From assembly GCA_039929265.1 (NCBI GenBank), contig JBDSRN010000067.1, positions 1,033-65,032 on the forward strand: a stretch of DNA of 64,000 nucleotides, read 5' to 3'. The DNA is from Steroidobacteraceae bacterium. Lineage in GTDB: Bacteria > Pseudomonadota > Gammaproteobacteria > Steroidobacterales > Steroidobacteraceae. This document shows, piece by piece, positions 1-8,880 of this stretch; the stretch's first letter is position 1, and every line of letters starts with the position of its first letter. Below the pieces are notes generated by a model that was given only the letters and a program-made list of their open reading frames with translations, made no database searches and was not told the DNA's origin. Made by a program: the position numbers and the translations under genes.

Positions 1-702
<702 letters not shown>

Positions 703-808
703 GCGACGGCGTTGATTATACAACTCCTGCTATGAGCGGGGTTCCTCGATAGCGCAACGGTCGTGACATGGGCAACATGTCCGGGTCATTTGCCCTGTCG
801 GAGTGTTC

Positions 809-1546
809 ATGAAGCCTGTGCTGTCGATCCTGATAACCCTGCTATTCCTGGCATTCGCTTTACCCGCTGCCGCCCAGTGGACGAGCAAGGGCGAGGCGGG
901 CCTCGTCATCGCCAGTGGCAACACCCGGACCAAGAGCGGCAATGTGAAGCTCGCGCTCGGCTATCAGGCCGAGCCATGGACGCACGCGAGCACCTTCGCG
1001 GCTGTCTACGCGCAGGACGAGGACGGCACTACCGCGCAGCGCTGGGAGATCGGCGAGCAGTCGCAGTACGCTTTCAACGAGCGCAATTTCTGGTTCGGCG
1101 CCCTGCGCTACGAAGACGACCGCTTCAGCGGCTTCGACTACCAGGGCACGCTCAGCAGTGGCGTGGGCCACAAGTTCATCGAGACGCAGGACACGCAGAT
1201 CTCGGCCCAGGCGGGTCTGGGTTACAAGGTCGCCGAGACGCGCATCAGCGTCGATCCGCTCACCGGTCTCACCATCGTGCCGGATCGCACCACCGCCATC
1301 GCGGGCATGGGCGGCATCGACTACAAGCACGCCTTCAACGCATCGACCACGCTGACTGACAAGTTCGCGGTCGAAGCCACCTCGGACAACACGTTCTTCC
1401 AGAACCAGATCGCGCTGGAAGTGAAAATGGCAGCACGCGTCGCCCTCGCGGTGGGCTATGCCGTGCGGCACAACACCGACCCGCCGCCGGGGTTCGAGAA
1501 GACCGATACCCTCACCACCATCAATGTGGTGTACGCAACCCCGTAG
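809..1546 (+). CDS. DUF481-family (YdiY-like) outer-membrane beta-barrel protein
   Basis: Signal peptide MKPVLSILITLLFLAFALPAAAQW, followed by alternating beta-strand-like sequence with DUF481-type motifs (GNTRTKS, FWFGALRYEDDRFSGFDYQ). ATG 809 sits 5 nt after GGAG and is preferred over the track start GTG 803. Confidence 0.7.
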   Translation: MKPVLSILITLLFLAFALPAAAQWTSKGEAGLVIASGNTRTKSGNVKLALGYQAEPWTHASTFAAVYAQDEDGTTAQRWEIGEQSQYAFNERNFWFGALRYEDDRFSGFDYQGTLSSGVGHKFIETQDTQISAQAGLGYKVAETRISVDPLTGLTIVPDRTTAIAGMGGIDYKHAFNASTTLTDKFAVEATSDNTFFQNQIALEVKMAARVALAVGYAVRHNTDPPPGFEKTDTLTTINVVYATP

Positions 1547-1579
1547 CCCTGCGCGGCGCGCAGTGCTTACACTCGCGCG

Positions 1580-2218
1580 ATGTACACGCTGTACTACTCG
1601 CCGAGCACGGCGAGCCTCGTGGTCCACTGGTTGCTCATCGAGCTCGGTGGTCCATTCGAGCTCGCCCTGGTGGACTTTTCGCGCAAGGATCAGCATTCCT
1701 CGGCATTCCTTGCGCTGAACCCCAACGGGCACGTACCCACGTTGATCGTCGACGGTGCGCCGCGCGCCGAATGCGCCGCTCTGCTCATGCTGCTGGCGGA
1801 GCGGCATCCGCAGGCGAACCTGCTGCCCGCTCCCGGCTCCCCAACTCGTGCTGATTTCCTGCAGGTGATGTTCTTCCTCGCGAACACGCTGCAACCAGCG
1901 TTCCGGCGCTGGTTCTATTCCGATGAGATCGCCGGCCCCGACAACTCTCAGGCCGTGCAGAAGCACGCGCGCGCGAAGATCGAACGCTGCTGGGAAATTC
2001 TGGATGCGCGCCTCGCCGATGGCCGCTCCTACCTCATCGGTGAGCAACTTACCGTCGCCGATTTTCTCGCCACGATGCTGGCGCGCTGGTCACGCAACAT
2101 GCCGCGCATGGCGACGCACTGGCCGCAACTGCAGCACTACGTGCACCGCATGCGCCAGATGCCCTCGCTGCGCGCAGTGCATGTGCGCGAGAGTCTCAAG
2201 GAGTGGATCGATGGCTGA
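1580..2218 (+). CDS. glutathione S-transferase family protein
   Basis: The N-terminal thioredoxin-like GST fold is recognisable (MYTLYYSPSTASLVVHWLLIELG...LNPNGHVPTL). The 212-aa length is typical. Confidence 0.85.
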   Translation: MYTLYYSPSTASLVVHWLLIELGGPFELALVDFSRKDQHSSAFLALNPNGHVPTLIVDGAPRAECAALLMLLAERHPQANLLPAPGSPTRADFLQVMFFLANTLQPAFRRWFYSDEIAGPDNSQAVQKHARAKIERCWEILDARLADGRSYLIGEQLTVADFLATMLARWSRNMPRMATHWPQLQHYVHRMRQMPSLRAVHVRESLKEWIDG

Positions 2219-2280
2219 GCTCGTCATCCGGAGCACACCCGCTACCTGCAGGATCGGTTCACCAGCGAAACCGTGCGCGG

Positions 2281-2991
2281 TCAGCTCGGGGGCTCGCCGG
2301 AATTAGCCTCGATGAACCGCTGCGCCTCTGCATTGATATCGCGCGGATCCCGACCCTTCGCGAGGATCGGCGGGCCTATCACAACTCGCACCGTGCCGCG
2401 CCGCTTCAGCAATCCGCGTCTCGGCCAGAAGTAGCCAGAGTTGTGCGCAACCGGCACGATCAGCGCACCGGTATCCGAGGCGATCGCCGCGCCGCCCACG
2501 CCATAGCGACGCGTCTCGCCCGGTTTCATGCGCGTGCCTTCCGGGAACACAACGATCCACACTCCATCGGCGAGCCGCTGCCGACCCTGATCGATCATCT
2601 GCTTCACGGCAGTTCCGCCGGCGCTGCGATTGATGGCGATCGCGCGCAGCAGGCGAATGCCCCAGCCTACGACCGGAATCCACAGCAGCTCGCGCTTCAG
2701 CACCCATGCCTGGGGTGGCAGGATCACGGTCTGGGCGAAGGTCTCCCATGCGGAGGAATGTTTCATCAGCGCGACGTGACTTCCGGGCGGGATGTTCTCT
2801 CGCCCCTCGACCACGTAGTCGAGTCGACAGGTCCAGCGCAGCACGGTGAGCAACGAGTACCCCCAGCCATATGCGAGCGCGAAGCGCGCCCGATAGGGCA
2901 TGAGCCACGCGATGATCACGAAGAAGATCGCGTAGCAGAAGGTCCAGATCAGGAAGAAGCCGGTGAAGACCAGCGAGCCGAGAAATTGCAT
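2281..2991 (-). CDS. 1-acyl-sn-glycerol-3-phosphate acyltransferase (PlsC-like lysophospholipid acyltransferase)
   Basis: N-terminal TM helix, HxxxxE/D-type block (KHSSAWETF) and the FPEGTR acyltransferase motif. Confidence 0.8.
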   Translation of the reverse strand: MQFLGSLVFTGFFLIWTFCYAIFFVIIAWLMPYRARFALAYGWGYSLLTVLRWTCRLDYVVEGRENIPPGSHVALMKHSSAWETFAQTVILPPQAWVLKRELLWIPVVGWGIRLLRAIAINRSAGGTAVKQMIDQGRQRLADGVWIVVFPEGTRMKPGETRRYGVGGAAIASDTGALIVPVAHNSGYFWPRRGLLKRRGTVRVVIGPPILAKGRDPRDINAEAQRFIEANSGEPPS

Positions 2992-3044
2992 CGACCCAAG
3001 TGTAAGCTCAGGCGAGTATCGATGGTTTTACGGCGGGGGTTGCT

Positions 3045-3422
3045 GTGCGAACAAACTCGATTGTCCGGTCGCTCACGGCAGCGGCCCTTCTGTTCACGTC
3101 AACGCTCGCGCTCGCGGCCGACGCCAGCCTCGCCGGCACGTGGAACCTCAGCATTGAATCGCCGCAAGGCAAGCGCACCCCGACGCTCGTGCTCACCCAG
3201 GCTGGCAATGTCATATCCGGTTCGTACCGGTCGCAGATGGGCGAGGCGCCGGTCACTGGCAAGGTCACCGGCAACGAGTTCAGTTTCGAGGTGAAGATGT
3301 CGCGCCAGGGACAGGACATCGTCATCGGCTACAAGGGTACGGTGACGGGCGACGCCATGACTGGAACGCTGCACATGGGGCAGATGGGCGATGCTGCCTT
3401 CACTGGCAAACGCTTGCCCTGA
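3045..3422 (+). CDS. small secreted hypothetical protein
   Basis: Clear signal peptide (…LLFTSTLALAADAS) followed by a beta-rich Gly/Thr repeat-like body (GTWNLSIESPQG…GKVTGNEFSFEV…GTVTGDAMTGTL). I do not recognise the family. Confidence 0.5.
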   Translation: MRTNSIVRSLTAAALLFTSTLALAADASLAGTWNLSIESPQGKRTPTLVLTQAGNVISGSYRSQMGEAPVTGKVTGNEFSFEVKMSRQGQDIVIGYKGTVTGDAMTGTLHMGQMGDAAFTGKRLP

Positions 3423-3611
3423 TTGGCTATTTATCTGGAACAATCTGGCACGCGTCAGGCGCATTGATCCAGAGGTGGCTCGAGTATTCGAGATTACCTG
3501 CCGCGCCGCGCGGCGAACCGCCACCCGTCCGGCGTCAGGAAGAGACGGTCTTCATGGCTCCCGACCTAGGGCGGCGTTCGCGCACGGATGCTGAGTCAGG
3601 CGAGTGCGCGT

Positions 3612-4355
3612 TCACAGTGACACCCGGTGGATCTGCTGCCCGCCGGTGAGCCAGGCCCGCAGCGCGCCGTTAACGCCATGTGGTCGTTCGAGCGTGCTCA
3701 TGTGACCGCAACCGGGGATGCCCACCAGCACGCTGCGGTCGATAGCCCGCGCGATTTCCCGGTGACGGTCGAGCGGACTCACCGCATCCTCGAGTCCGCA
3801 CAGCACCAGCGTGGGAACGTGGATCTTCGCCAGCAGGGGCGTGGCGTCGGGGCGGTTCATGAGCGCCTTGATCTGGGCCTCGAACTGCTCTGGCGAGCTG
3901 CGCTCGATGAGGTCGAGTATGGCGTCCATGAGTTTCGCGTCACGCAGGCGGTCGGGGTGGACCATGCCGCGTGACCAGTCGCGACCCATTGCGCGCATGC
4001 CCTCGCGACGAGCGATCTCCAGCAGGCGCATCCGGCCGGCGCGCTCTGCAGCCGCTGCCGCATCCTTGCCCAGCGGCGTCGTGCCGGTGTCGAGCAGGGC
4101 GAGGCGCGTAACGCGCTCGGGAGCCTGTCGGAAGATCTCGAGCGCCACGCGACCGCCCATGGAATGGCCGGCGAGCGCGAAGCGGGCCGGTGCACCCGCG
4201 AGCGCGGAGCTGGCCATGCCAGCGAGCGAATCCTCCAGGCCGTGCTCGATGATGAGGATGCTCGCCGCAACCTCGTCGAGACCCTGCAGCTGTGGCTGCC
4301 ACACGCCCGAGTCGCACAGCAACCCCGGCACCAGCACCAGTGTTTCGCCTTTCAT
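3612..4355 (-). CDS. alpha/beta-fold hydrolase
   Basis: Nucleophile elbow GHSMGG and the LVLVPGLL oxyanion region. ATG at 4355 (MKGETLVLVPG) is preferred over the upstream TTG at 4397 given in the track. Confidence 0.75.
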   Translation of the reverse strand: MKGETLVLVPGLLCDSGVWQPQLQGLDEVAASILIIEHGLEDSLAGMASSALAGAPARFALAGHSMGGRVALEIFRQAPERVTRLALLDTGTTPLGKDAAAAAERAGRMRLLEIARREGMRAMGRDWSRGMVHPDRLRDAKLMDAILDLIERSSPEQFEAQIKALMNRPDATPLLAKIHVPTLVLCGLEDAVSPLDRHREIARAIDRSVLVGIPGCGHMSTLERPHGVNGALRAWLTGGQQIHRVSL

Positions 4356-4468
4356 GTGAACGGCGATTCTCGCCGGATCATGCTTCAATTGCCGCAAAAC
4401 AAGGACGGGGCATTCTCAATGACGATGCGCGGCGATCTGCCCTGGACGCGAGGTCCGGAGCGCGCAGA

Positions 4469-4972
4469 TCATGATGCCTTCACCATCGCCACCAGCTGGT
4501 CGAGCGCCGTGCCCCAGCCCTCTGCAAATCCCATTGCCTCGTGCTTCCCGCGTCCAGCCGTATCACCGTGCAGCGCCCGTGCGGTATAGCGCGTGCCCTT
4601 GCCCGTGCTCGCCAGCGTGAGGATCGCCGTGAGATAAAGATCGCCGCACGTCTGGCCGCTCGGCAACGCGAGCGGACGAAATCCCGGGCCAAGCGAATTG
4701 GTCCAGACCAGACGCTCGTTCTCGATCACTTCCAGATAGCAGCCCAGATTCGGGAACAGCTGCCCCTCGGGCGACTGCATCGTTGTGCTGAATACGCCCC
4801 CGGGTCGCAGGTCGATCTCGCAGGCCACCGTCTTCCACGGCACAGGCGTGAACCATTGCATGAGGCGCGCAGGAATCGTCCACGCCTTCCACACGGCTTC
4901 GCGTGGCACATCGACGATGCGCTCCAGCACCAGGTCCAACTCGGCTTCATGCGGGGTATCGAAACTCTTCAC
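4469..4972 (-). CDS. SRPBCC / AHSA1 (activator of Hsp90 ATPase 1-like) domain protein
   Basis: The translation from [32 protein letters not shown]… has the typical AHSA1/START-like N-terminus. The GTG start overlaps the ArsR stop (GTGA at 4969-4972). Confidence 0.75.
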   Translation of the reverse strand: MKSFDTPHEAELDLVLERIVDVPREAVWKAWTIPARLMQWFTPVPWKTVACEIDLRPGGVFSTTMQSPEGQLFPNLGCYLEVIENERLVWTNSLGPGFRPLALPSGQTCGDLYLTAILTLASTGKGTRYTARALHGDTAGRGKHEAMGFAEGWGTALDQLVAMVKAS

Positions 4973-5298
4973 TGCGCATCCTCCTGCTCCAGAAAGCGGT
5001 CGAGCTGATCGAGCCGGAACTCCCACTGCGTGCGCTGCTGCTGCAACCAGTGCTCCGCGGCGCGCAGACACCTCGGCGTGAGCTGATAAGTGCGCACGCG
5101 CCCTTGCTTGCGTGAGCGCACCAGACCGCAGTGCTCGAGGACGTCCAGATGCTGCGCGAACGAGGGCAGCGCCATGTCGAAGGGTTGGGCGAGCTCGCTC
5201 ATCGATCCCGGGCCACGATTCAGGCGCTCGAGCACCAGGCGTCGCGTGGGATCGGCCAGGGCGCGAAAGACATCGTCGAGCGAGGTCTGAGCAGCCAT
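4969..5298 (-). CDS. ArsR/SmtB-family winged-helix transcriptional regulator
   Basis: [26 protein letters not shown]…[28 protein letters not shown] is a canonical ArsR HTH. I chose ATG at 5296-5298, since the track ORF extends further upstream to 5430 with no family-like sequence. Confidence 0.85.
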   Translation of the reverse strand: MAAQTSLDDVFRALADPTRRLVLERLNRGPGSMSELAQPFDMALPSFAQHLDVLEHCGLVRSRKQGRVRTYQLTPRCLRAAEHWLQQQRTQWEFRLDQLDRFLEQEDAQ

Positions 5299-5320
5299 CG
5301 CGCGACTATGGGCCCGATCT

Positions 5321-5344
5321 ATACTTAGGTCAAGACCTAAGTAT
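5321..5344. promoter_or_regulatory. perfect 11-2-11 inverted repeat, candidate ArsR operator
   Basis: ATACTTAGGTC-AA-GACCTAAGTAT was read directly from the sequence. It is AT-rich relative to its surroundings and lies 23-46 nt upstream of the ArsR start codon. Confidence 0.5.
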
Positions 5345-5695
5345 TCCGGCACCCACCAGCCCATCGCGTATCGGCATGAACTGGACCCGGTTGTACGCGG
5401 ACCGGGAGCCGAGGCCGCGATCACGCACAACGACTACGCAAACCCCGGGTTCCGGCACTGCCTCCCGGTCGGGACGATGGCTGCGCGGCCGACATGCGCA
5501 GCCGCGTGGTCCCGGCCGACGGCCTGGAACTCGAGACCTGGAAACACAATCTCGAACCGGCTCAAAGCAGCTCGTCTCGTCAACCCGGCGGGGTGGAACT
5601 CGTGCGGCAACAGGGCAAGGCTTTTCTCGCGGCCCCTCGCTGCGATCGTTACGAGTCTGTCAGAATGACCGCCACACAGGACAGAGCGTCCGGCA

Positions 5696-7936
5696 GTGTT
5701 CGAACTTCTGTTCACGCATCCGGTTTGGGCTTATCGCAACGGCAGCCTCAGGCTCGCCAGCGGTGCGCCACTGTGGCTGCTCGCTGCGCTCATCAGCGCA
5801 GCTGTGGCGCTAGTCGCCTTCACGCTCGCACGCCGGGAATTCCTGCCACTCGCGCAACGCGTCACGCTCGGCGTCCTGCAGTCGACGCTGCTCGCGCTGT
5901 TGCTGGTGCTGCTGTGGCGTCCGGTGCTGCAGGTGGAGCGGGTCCGTGAACGCGAGAACGTACTCGCCGTAGCCCTCGATGCCTCCGCCAGCATGGCGCA
6001 TGGCCAAAGCGGACAGTCGCGGTTGCAGGAAGCGGTGACGGCGCTGCAGGCGGGGCCGCTCACCGAGCTCGCGCGCAGTTTCGAAGTGCGTCTGTTCAGC
6101 TTCGCCGATGCAGCCGCGCCGCTCGCGGATTTTCAGCAGGTGCCTGCTCCAGGTGCGCAGACGCGCATCGGCGATTCCCTGCTCACCATCCTGCAGACCG
6201 CCTCGAGCGTGCCACTCGCCGGCGTGCTGCTGGTGTCCGACGGCGCGGAGAATGGCGCGAGCCTTACCGAAGAACGCCTCGCGCAGATCGCGGCGTACGG
6301 GGTGCCCATCCACACCCTGGGCGTGGGCGCGGAGACGGGCAGCAACGATCTGGAGCTGGAGTCCGTGCGGCTGGGCAGCAGCGCGCCACCGCACTCGCGC
6401 GTTGCCGCGGAGCTCGCCATCCGCTACGACGCTGCGCAGCCCGAGGCGACGGTCGATACGGAGGTTCGCGTGTATGACGGCGAGACCTTGATCGCCGCAA
6501 AAAAGCTGCATCTCATCGCGGGCCGCACCAACAACGTGACGGTGGAAGTACCGACGGGTGATTCCGGGGTGCGCGATATGCGCTTTGCGCTCGACACGCT
6601 GCCGCAGGAACGCAATGTCATCAACAATGCGCGGCGGCACCTGCTGAGCGTGCCGGCCGCGCGTCGCAACGTGCTGTACTTCGACGCCGAGCCGCGTTGG
6701 GAATACAAGTTCATCCGTCGTGCCGCCGAACTGGATCGCGGCCTGCGGCTCGCGAGTCTCGTGAAGACCACGCAGAACAAGTTCTACCGCCAGGGCGTCA
6801 CCTCGTCGGCCGAATTGAGCGACGGGTTTCCGAAGGATGCCGCCAGCCTGTTCGCCTACGACGCGGTGATTCTCGGCAACGTGCCCGCGACCACGCTCAC
6901 CGGTGAGCAGCACGAGCTGCTCGCGCGCTTCGTCGACCAGCGCGGCGGTGGTCTGCTGCTGCTCGCCGGGCGCAACGCGCTCGGCGCGGGTGGCTGGAGC
7001 ACCAGCGCGCTGATGCCACTGCTACCGACCCATCTGCCCGAGCGCAGCGCCGGCACGTTCACGGCCGGCAATGCGCAGACCCAGCTCACCGTGTACGGTG
7101 AGCAGTCGCTGGTCACGCGACTGGATCAGGAGGGGGCGCAGAATGCGAAGCTTTGGCAGACGCTGCCCGCGCTCGCCGACACGCAAAGCCTCGGCAGACT
7201 GAAGCCCGGTGCGGTGGTATTGCTCGAGTCGCTCGCCGCGCAACGTCGCGCGCCGCTGCTTGTGTGGCAACGCTACGGGCGCGGTGCGGTATGGATGCTC
7301 GGGACCGCGAGCACGCTGCGCTGGCAGATGCGTTCGCCTGCCGAAGACCAGCGTCACGAACTCTTCTGGCGTCAGCTGCTGCATGGTCTCGCGGATGCCG
7401 CCCCCTCCGCGGTTGCGCTGAGCAGCGATCGCTCCATCTTTGATGATGAGCCGCGTGTGCAGATCGAAGCCGTGTTGCGCAACGCGCGCTACGAGCCGAT
7501 CGCCAACGCCACGCCCACGCTGACCGTGCTGCCACCGCAGTCGGGCGAACCCATTGCGCTGCCGATGCAGGCATCGCCCGAGGCAGATGGACGCTACACC
7601 GCGACGCTCGATGCGCCCGCGGCAGGTCTGTACCGCGTCGATCTTGCGACGCCGAACGGCAACGCGCAGATACAGGTGCGGCGCGAGAACGGTGTCGCCG
7701 AGCATTTCGCCACGCGGCAGAACCGCGCCGTGCTCGAGCGCCTCGCCGCCATGACCGGCGGGCGCTACTGGACGCTGGCAACGCTGCCGGCGGTCACGGG
7801 GGCGATTCCCTACTCGCGCGCGGGCATCATCGAACGCCAGACGCTGGATCTGTGGAGCGTACCCGCCGTATTCGTTTTGCTGCTGCTGCTGAAGGGCACC
7901 GAATGGCTGCTGCGCCTGAAGTGGGGTCGGTTGTGA
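5696..7936 (+). CDS. membrane protein with N-terminal TM helices, vWA/MIDAS domain and GATase1-like (DUF1355/BatA-like) domain, C-terminal TM anchor
   Basis: Hydrophobic N-terminal segments. MIDAS DxSxS motif DASAS at 5978-5992. A later block (…VLYFDAEPRWEYKFIRRA…YDAVILGNVP…GGGLLLLAG) is typical of Bat-type membrane proteins. C-terminal helix WSVPAVFVLLLLL. GTG start. Confidence 0.7.
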   Translation: MFELLFTHPVWAYRNGSLRLASGAPLWLLAALISAAVALVAFTLARREFLPLAQRVTLGVLQSTLLALLLVLLWRPVLQVERVRERENVLAVALDASASMAHGQSGQSRLQEAVTALQAGPLTELARSFEVRLFSFADAAAPLADFQQVPAPGAQTRIGDSLLTILQTASSVPLAGVLLVSDGAENGASLTEERLAQIAAYGVPIHTLGVGAETGSNDLELESVRLGSSAPPHSRVAAELAIRYDAAQPEATVDTEVRVYDGETLIAAKKLHLIAGRTNNVTVEVPTGDSGVRDMRFALDTLPQERNVINNARRHLLSVPAARRNVLYFDAEPRWEYKFIRRAAELDRGLRLASLVKTTQNKFYRQGVTSSAELSDGFPKDAASLFAYDAVILGNVPATTLTGEQHELLARFVDQRGGGLLLLAGRNALGAGGWSTSALMPLLPTHLPERSAGTFTAGNAQTQLTVYGEQSLVTRLDQEGAQNAKLWQTLPALADTQSLGRLKPGAVVLLESLAAQRRAPLLVWQRYGRGAVWMLGTASTLRWQMRSPAEDQRHELFWRQLLHGLADAAPSAVALSSDRSIFDDEPRVQIEAVLRNARYEPIANATPTLTVLPPQSGEPIALPMQASPEADGRYTATLDAPAAGLYRVDLATPNGNAQIQVRRENGVAEHFATRQNRAVLERLAAMTGGRYWTLATLPAVTGAIPYSRAGIIERQTLDLWSVPAVFVLLLLLKGTEWLLRLKWGRL

Positions 7937-8880
7937 CGAAGACCTTCGCTGCATTGCTGCTCCTGCTCGGCTCGCCGGTATTTGCGCAATCGGAGGCTCC
8001 TGCGCGCGTGCATGGGCTGGTCATCGCCGGTCTCGGTGGCGAGCCAGGTTACGATCGGGCCTTCCGCGAACAGGGCGCGAACTATGCCGCAGCACTGCGC
8101 AAGCTTGCGGGCGCGAGTCCCGGGCAGCAGAGCAACGTGCACCTGCTCAGCGGCGCGGATGCCAATCGCGAGAGGGTGCGCCGCGAACTCGCGGCGCTGG
8201 CAACGAACGCGCGTCCCCAGGACGAAGTGATCATCGCGCTGCTCGGTCATGGCTCGTTCGATGGCGAAGAGTATCGCTTCAATCTCAGCGGTCCCGACAT
8301 CACGGGCACCGAGCTCACCACGGCGTTCAACGCGCTGCAGGCTCGCGCGCAGCTGATCGTCAACACCAGCAGCGCGAGCGGCGCGGTGGCCGATCGCTGG
8401 AAGAAGCCCGGGCGCGTGGTGATCACCGCCACGCGTAGTGGCACCGAGCGCAATGCCACGCGCTTCGGCAACTTCTGGGTGCAGGCGCTCGGCGATGACA
8501 GCGCGGATGCCGACAAGAATGGAATGCTGAGCGCGCAGGAAGCTTTCGCGTTTGCCTCGCGCAAGGTCGCCGACTCGTACAAGACCGATGTCGCGCTCGC
8601 GACTGAGCACCCACGTCTGGTGGGCGACAACGCAGAGCGCGTCGTGGCGGCACGGCTCGCGGCGATCGTCGCATTCGCTCCGGACGATCGCCTCAATGCA
8701 CTGCTGAATCAGCGCGAGGCTCTGGACCGCGAGCTCGACACCGTGCGCGAGCGCAAGGCGACGCTGGAGGCAGACAACTACTACGAAGAACTCGAGAAAG
8801 TGCTGGTGCGCATCGCGCTGCTGCGGCGACAGATCGATGCGCGGCAGCTGGAACTCAAAGGGGGGAGCAGCGGTGCGTAA
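7933..8880 (+). CDS. secreted legumain/C13 (caspase-fold)-like protein with Cys-to-Ser at the catalytic position, plus C-terminal coiled coil
   Basis: GTG 7933 overlaps the upstream stop (GTGA) and yields a signal peptide (VTKTFAALLLLLGSPVFAQS). The His-Gly dyad LLGHGSFDG has its His codon at 8248-8250. The legumain EACESGS-equivalent reads TSSASGA, with the Ser codon at 8371-8373. The coiled-coil tail is …LDRELDTVRERKATLEADNYYEELEKVL…. Confidence 0.6.
   Translation: MTKTFAALLLLLGSPVFAQSEAPARVHGLVIAGLGGEPGYDRAFREQGANYAAALRKLAGASPGQQSNVHLLSGADANRERVRRELAALATNARPQDEVIIALLGHGSFDGEEYRFNLSGPDITGTELTTAFNALQARAQLIVNTSSASGAVADRWKKPGRVVITATRSGTERNATRFGNFWVQALGDDSADADKNGMLSAQEAFAFASRKVADSYKTDVALATEHPRLVGDNAERVVAARLAAIVAFAPDDRLNALLNQREALDRELDTVRERKATLEADNYYEELEKVLVRIALLRRQIDARQLELKGGSSGA

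Noticed and set aside
3446-3461. TGGCAC string resembling a sigma-54 -24 element in the 190-nt convergent spacer 3423-3611.
   Set aside because: The -12 position reads AGGC rather than TTGC, and no downstream gene exists in either orientation because both flanking genes end here.
7852-7932. Upstream extensions of track ORFs (7852 for the C13-like gene, 10842 for MoxR, 14736 for the DUF4175-like gene, 33476 for envC, 37492 for ctpA, 55915 for atpG, 56966 for atpD, 22562 for glnA).
   Set aside because: The extensions overlap the preceding gene and lack family-like sequence. In each case an internal start gives a signal peptide or a canonical N-terminus, often with an RBS or a stop/start overlap.
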